A stretch of DNA of 64,000 nucleotides. It comes from Ruminiclostridium sp. (GTDB taxonomy: Bacteria > Bacillota > Clostridia > Oscillospirales > Ruminococcaceae). Under the pieces are notes generated by a model. It was not told where the DNA came from. It did not search any database and saw only the letters and a list, made by a program, of their open reading frames with translations. Shown here piece by piece: positions 9,193 through 18,733 of the stretch. The stretch covers positions 15,411 to 79,410 of the forward strand of contig JAEEJW010000013.1 of assembly GCA_016282095.1 (NCBI GenBank). The letters run 5' to 3'. The position numbers and the translations under genes were made by a program. How positions within the stretch are numbered: the stretch's first letter is position 1; every line of letters begins with the position of its first letter.

Positions 9193-9288
9193 AGCATTTT
9201 CCTCCTTCTTTGAAAAAAATTGTTTATTTATAACCCCGCAGGGTTATATACTTTCCAGCAGTAGTGGCTATCCTTCTGCTGTAATTAC

Positions 9289-9317
9289 AGTATAACTCAT
9301 TCCCGGATAAATTGCAA
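9289..9317 (-). promoter_or_regulatory. sigma-A type promoter of the pilin array
   Basis: Minus strand reads TTGCAA (9317-9312), 17 nt, TATACT (9294-9289), with an A/T-rich UP-like tract upstream. The roughly 90-nt leader contains two hairpins (CAGCAG..CTGCTG and TATAACCC-tgc-GGGGTTATA). Confidence 0.5.
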
Positions 9318-9627
9318 TAGTTTTTTTTAAAATTTTTTCAAAAACCTGCAATTTTATCGACAATAAATAAAAGGAGTTCAAAGTTTTTTAGCGAATTGCC
9401 AACTTATGGTTACGTTTACCAAAACGGAAGAAACTGTCACCGCCTCACCTTTTGCGTATATCCGCAAACTGTCACCAAAACTGTAACCGGAACAGGACTA
9501 ATTTTGCGCTTTTGCACAGTAATTGTTGAAAGTTTCTTGTACATTTGACAGTTTTGTATATTATGACAACGCCGCAGCCGGCAGAGCCTGCTTTTTCCGG
9601 CGTTCCGGGTACGGCGCTGCGGCGATA

Positions 9628-9656
9628 TTGACAAGAAGAGATATATGTTATATAAT
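9628..9656 (+). promoter_or_regulatory. consensus sigma-A promoter of dgt
   Basis: TTGACA (9628-9633), 17 nt, TATAAT (9651-9656). Confidence 0.6.
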
Positions 9657-9684
9657 AAAGGTATATCATCTCCGGAGGTCATGT

Positions 9685-11130
9685 ATGAGCAAAATGAACT
9701 GGGAACAGCTTTTATGCGGCGAACGCGCAAGAACATCTTCACACAGCACCGCAGGCGATCAGCGCAGCGAATTTCAGAAGGATTACCACAGAATAATCAG
9801 CAGCGCCTCTTTCCGCCGCCTACAGGATAAGACACAGGTGTTCGCGCTGGACAGGAGCGATTTCGTGCGTACCCGTCTCACCCACTCGCTGGAGGTCTCT
9901 TCCTTCGCAAAATCCCTCGGCCAGATGGCCTTCAACGCTCTGATCGAACAGGGCAAAGCCACTCCGGACATACGGGAGAAGTGCTGTGCCATACTTGAAT
10001 GTTCCGGACTGCTCCACGACATTGGGAATCCGCCTTTCGGACATTTCGGGGAAGATTCCATACGCGGCTGGTTCACGCACAATCTCGGGAAGCTGCGCTT
10101 CAAGGGCAGACCCGTCACCGATCTGCTGAACGACCAGATGAAGAACGACCTGACCCACTTCGAAGGAAACGCACAGGCTCTGCGCCTGCTCACAAAACTG
10201 CATTTCCTTGTGGACGAGAATGGCATGAATCTCACCTATGCCCTGCTCAACACGCTGATAAAATATCCCGTTTCTTCATGCGAGACCAATAAATCCTCGC
10301 CTGACATAAAGTTTCATAAAATGGGCTATTATCTCGCAGAAGAGGAAAACTTCCGCAGCATCACCACAGCTACCGGAGCCGTAGGATGCCGCTATCCCCT
10401 CACCTACCTGCTGGAAGCTGCCGACGATATAGCCTACAAGACCGCCGACATCGAAGACGCCGTAAAGAAAGGCTTCATCGGGTACGATACCTTGCTTGCC
10501 GACCTGAAAAGCGGTAGCTTCATCACAAAAAAATACGGCAGGAAGTCCCGTTCAGCGGATGACGATGATCTCACTGTTTACAAAGAGTGTATCGCGAAGC
10601 TGGAAGAGAAATACAACACAGCCAGGGAGCTGAACCTCGAAGATCCCGGCCTCAACGCCGTACAGAACTGGGTGGTGAGCGTTCAGTCGCGGCTGCTGCT
10701 GGGCGCGTCGGAGAGCTTCGTGGCCAACTACGACAAGATCATGGACGGGACATTCAGAAGCGACCTGCTCTCCGTATCAGCCGCGAATTCTATTGCCGAG
10801 GCACTCAGCCGCATTGCCCTTGAGCGCGTGTTCCGCTCACGCGAGATAATGCGCTCGGAGCTTACAGAAGGCCACATCATCAACTTCTACCTCGACAAGC
10901 TCGTCCCCGCAGCCATTTCTCTCGAATCCGGCGAGCCGCTCGATCCGGTAAGCGACAGGCTCCTGCTGATGATCTCCAGCAACTACCGCCGCATATATGA
11001 GCACTTCGCGATGTGGCAGGATGAAGCTTACCGGCTTTATCTCCGCATACTTCTGGTCACCGACTTCGTCTGCGGTATGACCGACAGCTACGCAAAACGC
11101 ACCTATCAGGAACTTATAGGAATAGTATAA
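9685..11130 (+). CDS. dgt: dGTP triphosphohydrolase-like HD-domain protein
   Basis: ATG 9685 is 6 nt after GGAGG. Motifs: RLTHSLEVSSFAKSLG and LLHDIGNPPFGHFGE. The ORF-track start 9523 lies upstream of the promoter. Confidence 0.8.
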   Translation: MSKMNWEQLLCGERARTSSHSTAGDQRSEFQKDYHRIISSASFRRLQDKTQVFALDRSDFVRTRLTHSLEVSSFAKSLGQMAFNALIEQGKATPDIREKCCAILECSGLLHDIGNPPFGHFGEDSIRGWFTHNLGKLRFKGRPVTDLLNDQMKNDLTHFEGNAQALRLLTKLHFLVDENGMNLTYALLNTLIKYPVSSCETNKSSPDIKFHKMGYYLAEEENFRSITTATGAVGCRYPLTYLLEAADDIAYKTADIEDAVKKGFIGYDTLLADLKSGSFITKKYGRKSRSADDDDLTVYKECIAKLEEKYNTARELNLEDPGLNAVQNWVVSVQSRLLLGASESFVANYDKIMDGTFRSDLLSVSAANSIAEALSRIALERVFRSREIMRSELTEGHIINFYLDKLVPAAISLESGEPLDPVSDRLLLMISSNYRRIYEHFAMWQDEAYRLYLRILLVTDFVCGMTDSYAKRTYQELIGIV

Positions 11131-11169
11131 AAAGCAAAAGGCGGGAGCCATACGCTCCCGCCGTATTTT

Positions 11170-13077
11170 TTATCTTCTGCCCTTCTTGCGCGAGACCTTG
11201 TTCGCGTACATTCTCTCGTCCGCGATCTTAAGGCATTCGTCAATGTTGGCATAGCTGTCCGCATAATCGATGAAGAAGCCTGCGCTCACTCCAACGGTAT
11301 AGGGCTTTTCGGAGGCCGAATTATATCTCGCAAGATAACCGTCGATACGGCTGCGGTAGAATATAGGCACCGCGTTATCATAATCGTAAGCGCCGAAGAT
11401 AATGAACTCGTCACCGCCGGAACGCACGCAGTATTCGCCGTTACCGCAGCAGGTCTGAAGCGCCCGGGCCGCAACTGTTATTGCGTTGTCGCCCTCAACG
11501 TGGCCGAACTGGTCGTTTATCTTCTTGAGGTCGTCAAGGTCGGCTACGATCACCAGCAGGCGCAGGTGACGATCTCTGGCAGCCTCAAATACCTGCGTGC
11601 AGTACATCTCATAGCCCTGTCTGTTGTAGAGACCGGTCATGGCGTCACGGATAGAGCTTGCGAACGCACGGTTGTACATGAGCCTCATGCGCTCCTGCAT
11701 TCTGATATATTCAAGCGATACGCACACCGCCGATATCCATGAGTGATAAGCATCCTCGGGGAAACGGTTGAGCTCATCGCTGAATCTTACGACCTGATAG
11801 CCAAAGCATCTGTCCTCAAAATGTACGGCGTTGAAGTAGCACGCTATCGGTCTGTCACCGTCAAACATACTCGGCGGGAAGAGGTCGGAGGACTTGAACG
11901 ATTCGCCGCGGCCTCTTTTCTCTCCATGGCTGTACAGAGCCTCATACATATCCTCCTGATAGCCGCTGCGGATATATTCGCTGTCATCCTCGCGGAACAG
12001 GTTCCAGTCCTTGTTGAGACAGATCGCCACAGCGGAATAGCCGCGTATCAGGTCGAGAAATCCCAGAAGCGTTTCGATCATCTCTTCGTATGTGTCCACA
12101 GCCATGAGGGATTCCTGTATGCATCTCAGGCGGAGCTGGCCTTCCGTTTCGACTTCAAGACGGTCTATCTCGTTATAGCGGTGCGCGAACGCCACATCTC
12201 TGTGACAGCCGCAGCTCTCGCCGCTTACGAAGAAGATATCGTCCTTCTCATCCGGCAGAACATCCTCACCGGTTATCATCTTGTGCAGCTTGCAGACGCA
12301 GAGAGCGCCTGTATAGATATCGGGGCGGGTGCAGGTTGTGACAGACGGGTCGTTGGTCATCGAGTCGCCGCTCATGTCATAGCCGGTCACCGCGATATCC
12401 TCCGGTACGCGTATACCGTTCTTTATCAGCTCGTTTACCAGTGTTACGGCGGATTTGTCGTTGCCGCAGGCCACAGCTTCCGGTATTCTGCGTTCGCCGC
12501 TGGCGAATTCGGCGGCAAGCGCGGTCGCTGCCTGAGTCCAGAAATCGCCGAATATCTTGTTCTCTTCCCTGACCTCGATGCCGTGACGCGTCATCGAATC
12601 TATATAACCGTTCATTCTGTCAACAGAGACGGGGAACTCCGCGCCTCCCGACAGACACATTATGTCCTTGAAACCGTGTTCTTCTATGAGGTGATCGACC
12701 ATCTGCGCAAATCCCCTGCGGTCATTGGAAACCACGCCCTCATAGTCCGGTATGCCCTTGTTGTCGAATATTACCATCTTAAAATCCGGCATTGAGCGGA
12801 CGAGCTTCATTATACGCTGTCTGCACCTGTCCTCCCAGAATGAGTAATCGACGAACACACCGCCCACAATATCTTCGTTATGCAGGAAGCTGTATATATT
12901 CTCCTCACCCAGCTGATGCTTCGTTTCCTCTCCCATCATGGTGAAGAGTGAGAATATCGCGACATTATAATCGAGGGCATAAGCCTGCTTTATAATGCCG
13001 GAAAGGCATTTGCTCCGGAAAAATCCGTTTGTGGTGCCTATCAGCACCGCAAGTGTTTTTCGTTTTTTCATAATCAC
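11170..13077 (-). CDS. diguanylate cyclase with N-terminal LacI/periplasmic-binding-protein-type sugar-binding domain (no HTH)
   Basis: The N-terminal roughly 290 aa resemble the PBP type I ligand-binding fold of LacI-family regulators (GVVSNDRRGFAQMVDHLIEEHGF..ACGNDKSAV). The C-terminal part is a GGDEF domain (RSGGDEFIIFG). Confidence 0.75.
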   Translation of the reverse strand: MIMKKRKTLAVLIGTTNGFFRSKCLSGIIKQAYALDYNVAIFSLFTMMGEETKHQLGEENIYSFLHNEDIVGGVFVDYSFWEDRCRQRIMKLVRSMPDFKMVIFDNKGIPDYEGVVSNDRRGFAQMVDHLIEEHGFKDIMCLSGGAEFPVSVDRMNGYIDSMTRHGIEVREENKIFGDFWTQAATALAAEFASGERRIPEAVACGNDKSAVTLVNELIKNGIRVPEDIAVTGYDMSGDSMTNDPSVTTCTRPDIYTGALCVCKLHKMITGEDVLPDEKDDIFFVSGESCGCHRDVAFAHRYNEIDRLEVETEGQLRLRCIQESLMAVDTYEEMIETLLGFLDLIRGYSAVAICLNKDWNLFREDDSEYIRSGYQEDMYEALYSHGEKRGRGESFKSSDLFPPSMFDGDRPIACYFNAVHFEDRCFGYQVVRFSDELNRFPEDAYHSWISAVCVSLEYIRMQERMRLMYNRAFASSIRDAMTGLYNRQGYEMYCTQVFEAARDRHLRLLVIVADLDDLKKINDQFGHVEGDNAITVAARALQTCCGNGEYCVRSGGDEFIIFGAYDYDNAVPIFYRSRIDGYLARYNSASEKPYTVGVSAGFFIDYADSYANIDECLKIADERMYANKVSRKKGRR

Positions 13078-13107
13078 GCTCCGCCCCGTCAGGGACTTTC
13101 CTTCTCT

Positions 13108-13590
13108 TTAAAGATTGATAGTAAGGATTCTGCCGCTGGGTGTGTACTTTTCTGCGGTAACACCGCACTTGGCGAACATCATCGAGGAGGCTCTCACCTG
13201 ATCGGTATCGGCATACTTGTTGTCGAAGTAGACAACGCGCTTTATGCCGCACTGTATTATCGCCTTTGCGCACTCGTTGCACGGAAACAGCGTAACATAC
13301 AGCGTTGATCCGGCAAGAGAAGGGATATTGCTGTTCAGTATCGCATTAAGCTCGGCATGGCATACGAACGGATATTTTGTATCGAGGGCGCTGTCCGCGG
13401 TTCGTTCCCACGGCATATCGTCATCATCGCAGCCCGTAGGCATTCCGTTATAGCCTACCGCAACTATCTTTTTATCGGAATTGACGATGCAGGCGCCGAC
13501 CTGCGTGGAATTGTCCTTGCTCCTCTGTGCCGAGAGCAAGGCTATACCCATAAAATATTCGTCCCATGTTATGTAGTCTGTGCGCTTCAT
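13108..13590 (-). CDS. comEB: dCMP deaminase
   Basis: CMP/dCMP deaminase zinc motifs HAELNAI and PCNECAKAI; 160 aa. Confidence 0.85.
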   Translation of the reverse strand: MKRTDYITWDEYFMGIALLSAQRSKDNSTQVGACIVNSDKKIVAVGYNGMPTGCDDDDMPWERTADSALDTKYPFVCHAELNAILNSNIPSLAGSTLYVTLFPCNECAKAIIQCGIKRVVYFDNKYADTDQVRASSMMFAKCGVTAEKYTPSGRILTINL

Positions 13591-13772
13591 CTGATCGCCT
13601 CTGTTTCATTTAGTTATAAATATACAGTTTAATTTTATCACATTTTTCCGGATTTTGCAATAGTTTTTTGAAAAAAACACAAAAACGCCTGAAATTCCTA
13701 TCGGAAAAACAGGCGCTTTCACTATTATTTCAACGGATTATCGGGACAAACGGGAATTCCGCTGCATAATAA

Positions 13773-13976
13773 TCAGCCGACAACGGTATAATCAAGTTCC
13801 TCGACAGCTGCCCTGAGTGTGTCAAAAGGTGTCTCCGCTGACAGCTTCACCGTCGCTGTGCCCTTTTCGTGGCTGACTTCAGCCGATTCAACGGTATCTA
13901 TTGCTTCAAGGGCATTCTTAACAGCAGCCTCACAATGCGGGCACATCATGCCCTCTATCTTCATAGTCAGTTCCAT
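13773..13976 (-). CDS. copZ: heavy-metal-associated (HMA) domain metallochaperone
   Basis: MxCxxC motif (GMMCPHCEAAV) in a roughly 68-aa ferredoxin-like protein. The start is uncertain among three in-frame ATGs. No P-type ATPase gene is adjacent. Confidence 0.65.
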   Translation of the reverse strand: MELTMKIEGMMCPHCEAAVKNALEAIDTVESAEVSHEKGTATVKLSAETPFDTLRAAVEELDYTVVG

Positions 13977-14095
13977 AATTATGATCTGCACCCGTAAGGG
14001 TGCTGCTCCTTTGCTTTGATGTTTTTGCGCAGCAAGATCCTGTCATTCCGAACGGGATATTAAAGCGCAGATCTGAAAATCCCTGATTTTCAGAC

Positions 14096-14770
14096 CTATT
14101 TCTTTTTTATACGATCGCGCCATTTCCTGAAGCCGAACATCAGCAGAGCCACCGCGAAAACTCCTCCGACCATTATAAGATAGTCTGCCGGACGGGTCTG
14201 GGCGTTGATATTGCCGATATAGTCATGCTGCCACAGAGCATCGGACGTATCTCTTGCATGAGTGTCGCCGGCAGCTATGTACATCGACTTTATGTAAGCC
14301 GTGTCATTGAGCCCGGTCACGGTAAGCCGTGCCGTGCTTACGTTCTCCGGCACCGCCGAGTACATCTCGTCCGTCCCGATGCGCCAGCTGTGGAACTTGC
14401 CGTCGGCAGGCGACATGGTGATCGCACCTGTCATGGGACCGCTGACCTCATTCCCTTCACTGTCAAAATATTCCAGCGTGATATCACAGACATGATCTAT
14501 CCCGTTGTCGGTCACGCCGTTGCTGTCGCTTCGGTAGCCGCCCGCTATCACACACACATAGACACCGCCGGCTGCGGGTATCTCGGCTGTGACAGTTCCG
14601 TACTTCCTGAAATGAAATATCTTCTGCGCCGGCAGATATTCGAGAACGTCCGCTCCGATCTCTGCCATACTGCTTTCGGTCAATGTGAATGAGCTTTCCG
14701 ACGCCCCGGCAGATACTGCCGCAATGACCGTAAATACAAGCGCAGCCAGCAGCGAAGCTATCCGCTTCAT
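14096..14770 (-). CDS. hypothetical secreted protein with C-terminal membrane anchor
   Basis: Signal peptide MKRIASLLAALVFTVIAAVSAGA and a C-terminal TM helix plus basic tail (FRKWRDRIKKK). Its start overlaps the smpB stop by 4 nt, so it is co-transcribed. No motif recognised. Confidence 0.45.
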   Translation of the reverse strand: MKRIASLLAALVFTVIAAVSAGASESSFTLTESSMAEIGADVLEYLPAQKIFHFRKYGTVTAEIPAAGGVYVCVIAGGYRSDSNGVTDNGIDHVCDITLEYFDSEGNEVSGPMTGAITMSPADGKFHSWRIGTDEMYSAVPENVSTARLTVTGLNDTAYIKSMYIAAGDTHARDTSDALWQHDYIGNINAQTRPADYLIMVGGVFAVALLMFGFRKWRDRIKKK

Positions 14771-15228
14771 TGGTTGCGCTCCTTTATGGCGCGGTCTATG
14801 GCACGTTTCGCGTCACGCTCCGCCATTGAAGCGCGCTTGTCGTAGAGCTTCTTGCCCTTGCAGAGTCCCACCTGCATCTTGACACGGCTGCCCTTGAAAT
14901 AGAGCGACACCGGTATCAGCGTAAGGCCGTCGGTCTTGACCAGCCCGTAGAGCCGCATTATCTCCCGCTTATGCATCAGGAGCCTGCGCTCCCGAAGCGG
15001 GTCTTTATTGAATATATTCCCCTTTTCGTATGGCGATATGTGCATCTGCTTGACATAGGCTTCGCCGTCTTCTATCGCTATCCACGAATCCCGCAGGTTC
15101 ACGCCGCCCTGACGTATCGACTTGACCTCGGTGCCGGTGAGTTCTATACCTGCTTCGATGCTTTCAACGATAAAGTATTCGTGCCTTACCTGTCTGTTTT
15201 CGGATATGGTTTTAGTGTTTTCTGCCAT
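14767..15228 (-). CDS. smpB: SsrA-binding protein
   Basis: 153 aa with the typical SmpB sequence (NRQVRHEYFI..GTEVKSIR..LLMHKREI). No tmRNA gene was seen nearby. Confidence 0.9.
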   Translation of the reverse strand: MAENTKTISENRQVRHEYFIVESIEAGIELTGTEVKSIRQGGVNLRDSWIAIEDGEAYVKQMHISPYEKGNIFNKDPLRERRLLMHKREIMRLYGLVKTDGLTLIPVSLYFKGSRVKMQVGLCKGKKLYDKRASMAERDAKRAIDRAIKERNQ

Positions 15229-15237
15229 TTTTCTCCT

Positions 15238-15678
15238 TTATAACCACTGGGTGAACGCCGTCATATCATCCTTGCTGTAACCCAGCTTTTCGTAGAATTT
15301 ATGCGTTGACTGAAGTTTTGACTGCGTAGCGAGCATAATACGGAAGCAGTTGTTCGCTTCGGCTATCTTCTGCGCTTCCTGAAGGCAGGCAGTCGCAAAG
15401 CCCTGGGCTCTGAATTCACTCTTCGTGACTATGTTCTCAACGACAGCGAACGGGCGCTGATCGTATGTAAGGTTAGGAATTATTATACAGGTGCAGGTCG
15501 ACACAAGGTCGCCGTCTTCTTCAGCCACGATGACATGATACATCTTGTCGGTCATGATATAGTTCCATATCATGACAGTATCTTCGTTCTTTTCAAGTAT
15601 GTTTTTGCCGAAAAGCAGGGAGTACAGTTCAAGCAGTCTGTCAAGGTCTCTGATATCCGCTTCTCTTATCCTTATCAT
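15238..15678 (-). CDS. GNAT family N-acetyltransferase
   Basis: ATG 15678 behind AAAGGAG. It has an acetyl-CoA binding-type segment (VVENIVTKSEFRAQGFATACL). Confidence 0.7.
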   Translation of the reverse strand: MIRIREADIRDLDRLLELYSLLFGKNILEKNEDTVMIWNYIMTDKMYHVIVAEEDGDLVSTCTCIIIPNLTYDQRPFAVVENIVTKSEFRAQGFATACLQEAQKIAEANNCFRIMLATQSKLQSTHKFYEKLGYSKDDMTAFTQWL

Positions 15679-15881
15679 AGTATCACTCCTTTGCGCCGTC
15701 CGGCCCGGCCGGATATACTGACTTGAAATAATTATAGCACAGCGGGCTGCTTTTTTCAATATGTTTCGGAAGATTTTTACACGAAATTTCCCGATATATG
15801 CCGGATATCACACAATTCCCGCAGGCGGCATACAATATAGAAGCCCTGTGGCAACAATAAAAAACGAAAGGAAGAATTGCA

Positions 15882-16073
15882 ATGAACTGCAGCGAATACG
15901 AACACAGCAGCCCCGATTATCCGGTAAAGATATCGGTCGGCTACGCAAATGTGCCGTTCCAGAAGCTCGGCAAGGTCTATACCCCCGAGAAAGCTGTCAC
16001 CCGCGGCACCATATTCCCCGAACTCGATATAGGCATAGGTGAGTACGAAAGGGGGATCTACGATGGAAAATAA
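15882..16073 (+). CDS. cotJA: spore coat-associated protein CotJA
   Basis: Small protein with the conserved GYANVPFQKLGKVYTPEKAVTRGTIFPELD segment, located just upstream of cotJB/cotJC. Confidence 0.7.
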   Translation: MNCSEYEHSSPDYPVKISVGYANVPFQKLGKVYTPEKAVTRGTIFPELDIGIGEYERGIYDGK

Positions 16074-16329
16074 CAGACAGATAAGTGCTCAGCAGCTTAT
16101 GCAGAAGGTCAGCGAGGCGGCATTCTATGTGACCGACCTCAAGCTCTATCTCGACACCCACCCCGATGACGCCCGCGCGCTTCGTATGTTCGGTGAGGCA
16201 AGCAGAAACGCTAAAGCCTGCTTTGATGCGTTTGAAAAGCGGTATTACCCGCTGTTCGCCACATCCGCGGACTGCGACAGTGACTGGGAATGGCTCGTAG
16301 GAACATGGCCGTCACAGAAAATGGCATAA
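16063..16329 (+). CDS. cotJB: spore coat protein CotJB
   Basis: MENNRQ... with the AAFYVTDLKLYLDTHPDD motif. ATG 16063 overlaps the cotJA end. Confidence 0.8.
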   Translation: MENNRQISAQQLMQKVSEAAFYVTDLKLYLDTHPDDARALRMFGEASRNAKACFDAFEKRYYPLFATSADCDSDWEWLVGTWPSQKMA

Positions 16330-16344
16330 GGAGGGGAACATATC

Positions 16345-16902
16345 ATGTTTATATTCACAAAAATGACACAGATACCCGTTAAGATAAACAACAAAAATCC
16401 CCGCCTTGCCAGCTATATTCTGTCTCAGTACGGCGGGCCGGACGGCGAACTCGGAGCTTCCCTGCGCTACCTGTCGCAGCGCTTCGCGCAGACCGAAAAA
16501 AGCGGTATCGCTCTTCTCACTGATATCGGCACCGAAGAACTCGGGCATCTCGAAATGATCGGCAGCATCGTAACGCAGCTCACCAAGGGCGAAGGCGCGA
16601 AGAGTTTCGACCGCTACGGTGTCGGCGATTACTACATCGACCACGCCAACGGTGTATACCCGGCCAGCGCTTCGGGAGTGCCGTTCTCCGCGGCTTACCT
16701 CCAGAGCAAGGCCGACCCGATCGCAGATATCATGGAGGATATGGCAGCAGAGCAGAAAGCCCGTGCGACCTATGACAATATCCTCCGTATGTGCGACGAC
16801 CCCGACGTCACGAATATCATCCGCTATCTCCGTGAGCGTGAAGTCGTCCACTTCCAGCGCTTCGGCGAGCTGCTCGATATGCTGCAGAGCAAAATAAAAT
16901 AG
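16345..16902 (+). CDS. cotJC: spore coat protein CotJC (manganese catalase family)
   Basis: 185 aa with di-metal ferritin-like motifs (GELGASLRYLSQRF, EELGHLEMI, REVVHFQRF). Confidence 0.85.
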   Translation: MFIFTKMTQIPVKINNKNPRLASYILSQYGGPDGELGASLRYLSQRFAQTEKSGIALLTDIGTEELGHLEMIGSIVTQLTKGEGAKSFDRYGVGDYYIDHANGVYPASASGVPFSAAYLQSKADPIADIMEDMAAEQKARATYDNILRMCDDPDVTNIIRYLREREVVHFQRFGELLDMLQSKIK

Positions 16903-16904
16903 CC

Positions 16905-16989
16905 TACTGAAAGGCCGCCCGCATCCGGGACTGAGGGAACACTTTATCGAAAAGATTTCCTCCCTTCAAAAGCTCTGAGCGCTTCGCTG
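16905..16989. repeat. degenerate partial copy (F) of the dispersed intergenic repeat family
   Basis: TGAAAGG.. followed by the GGGAACACTTT-atcg-AAAAGATTTCCTCCC hairpin (16935-16964) and an end module GCTCTGAGCGCTTCGCTG (16972-16989). These resemble the right halves of copies at 23440-23490 and 35298-35346. Confidence 0.4.
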
Positions 16990-17000
16990 ATAAAAAGAGA

Positions 17001-17039
17001 TCTGCTCCTTTCGTTCGTGAAAAGAGCAGACACTTTTTT
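17001..17039. terminator. bidirectional terminator between cotJC and spoIVB
   Basis: AAAAAGAGA-TCTGCTCCTTTC-gttcgt-GAAAAGAGCAGA-CACTTTTTT. Confidence 0.7.
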
Positions 17040-17058
17040 ATAATACAGTCAGCAAAGA

Positions 17059-18120
17059 TCAGTTTCCGCGGCCGTTTTCCGCATCCGTCATGTTTTCGGC
17101 AAATACCGCGTACCCCATGTCGGATTCGTTGACAAGAACATGAGTCACCGCTCCCACCAGCATACCGTCCTGTACTATAGGACTTCCGCTCATGCCCTGT
17201 ACTATGCCGCCTGTCCGGTCAAGCAGATCGGGGTCGGTTATGCGTATGGTCATATTCCGGACAGGCGACGTACTGCCGCGGTCGATGCTGACTATTTCTA
17301 TATCATATTCCTCAGGCATCATTCCGCCGGTCGTGCTATAAATAACAGCCGGGCCTGTCCGTACTTCGTCCCTGCGGGCTACAGCTACGGGTTCTCCGAG
17401 CAGCGGCGCCGCAGCACACTCCCCGAATACCCCGAAATCGCTGTTCAGTGTGAGCCTTCCGATCTCCACGCTGGAGATGAACGCACCGCACAGTTCTCCG
17501 GGCATGCCGTCGGCTCCGCGTACCACATCGGTTATGGTGACTGCCGTTATCTCGCCGCTGAGCAGCGGCATAAGCACACCCGATGAGGTATCGCTTATCC
17601 CGTGACCCAGCCCGGCGAACGCCCCGGTCTTCGGATCATAGTAGGTCATGGTGCCTATACCCGCTACGCTGTCCTTGGTCCAAACCCCCAGCTTATACTC
17701 CCCATCCTTGTCGGATTCGAGCGCGTTGGCCGTGAATGTCAGTTCTTCCTCCCCGCGCAGCACATTTATAGTACAGACGGGATTTTCCTGAACGGCTTCT
17801 CCGAGCGCTATGCTGTCCGTGACCGCAATGCCGTTCACCGATGTTATTATATCGCCCTTTCGCAGCCCGGCCGCTTCCGCAGGCGACTGCTGGCTCAGAC
17901 GCCCGTTCACCGCGCCGAAGTCCGTCACTACCACGCCGTCGGTCAGCATCTTTATGCCGAAAGGTGTTCCGCAGGGGATCACGGCGCGGCGCTCCTCGTA
18001 TTCCGTCATACTCACCGCCGGAACGGCCTCGCACGGCTTCCAGCTCAGTGCGGCTCCCGCAAGGAACAGCACCGCAGGCAATGCCGCGGCAACATTCAGT
18101 ATACACGATAGCTTCTTCAT
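17059..18120 (-). CDS. spoIVB: stage IV sporulation signalling serine peptidase SpoIVB (S55) with PDZ domain
   Basis: PCGTPFGIKM.., a PDZ segment (GLRKGDIITSVNG), and a peptidase core (GIGTMTYYDP..GLGHGI and GMSGSPIV). Confidence 0.85.
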   Translation of the reverse strand: MKKLSCILNVAAALPAVLFLAGAALSWKPCEAVPAVSMTEYEERRAVIPCGTPFGIKMLTDGVVVTDFGAVNGRLSQQSPAEAAGLRKGDIITSVNGIAVTDSIALGEAVQENPVCTINVLRGEEELTFTANALESDKDGEYKLGVWTKDSVAGIGTMTYYDPKTGAFAGLGHGISDTSSGVLMPLLSGEITAVTITDVVRGADGMPGELCGAFISSVEIGRLTLNSDFGVFGECAAAPLLGEPVAVARRDEVRTGPAVIYSTTGGMMPEEYDIEIVSIDRGSTSPVRNMTIRITDPDLLDRTGGIVQGMSGSPIVQDGMLVGAVTHVLVNESDMGYAVFAENMTDAENGRGN

Positions 18121-18266
18121 TGGCTTTTACCTTCTTTTCGCGTTTTGACAAATAGTATTATCCGCAGAACGCCGTAATATATCAGTGGAAAGTTATTGAT
18201 TTTTTGAACGTTTTGTGGTATTATAATAAGGTCACATATTATCTATATTCGGAACGGACGTTTTTT

Positions 18267-18731
18267 ATGAAAATATTATCACTCATACTGAAAATAATCG
18301 AAACACTGATAGTCTGCATCTGGGGAGTGGCTGTCGGAGTGTTCTTTCCGGTATGCATCATGGCAGTCGGAGCCGAAATAGTCCCCGAGGACGTGGCGGC
18401 AAGAACAGACATCATGGTGATATGGCTGGTGACTGCGGCATTTTTCATTCTTGCTGCGGCAATGATATTCATGAAGTACTATCGTATCGCGGCGGTGATG
18501 TCGGTGGTCGGACTGGTCGGAGTACTGGTGGTCGATTCCATGTTCGCGGAACTTTACAGATACACTGCCGAAAGCACGGGACCCGATGACCTGTATCTGC
18601 CGCTGATATTCGCGACTCTGCTGGATATATTCATTCTGGTGATCGAAGAACGCGCAAAATTCGCTAAGCTGTTCGAGGCTAAAAAGAAAAAAGAGGACGA
18701 AAAAGCGCCCTCGATACTCGGAGATGACTGA
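18267..18731 (+). CDS. hypothetical integral membrane protein
   Basis: ATG 18267. Four predicted TM helices and a Lys/Glu-rich tail. No motif recognised. Confidence 0.4.
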   Translation: MKILSLILKIIETLIVCIWGVAVGVFFPVCIMAVGAEIVPEDVAARTDIMVIWLVTAAFFILAAAMIFMKYYRIAAVMSVVGLVGVLVVDSMFAELYRYTAESTGPDDLYLPLIFATLLDIFILVIEERAKFAKLFEAKKKKEDEKAPSILGDD

Positions 18732-18733
18732 AA

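Noticed and set aside
14767-15228. tmRNA (ssrA) gene expected next to smpB.
   Set aside because: smpB is followed, with a 4-nt overlap, by a protein-coding gene. No tRNA-Ala-like acceptor/T-arm or tag-reading-frame sequence was seen in the flanks.
15795-15836. Sigma-E type promoter (CATACAAT at 15829-15836) upstream of cotJA.
   Set aside because: The -10-like element is present, but the nearest ATAT(T/C) -35-like element is 19 nt away, which is longer than the usual spacing. This is too weak to call without data.
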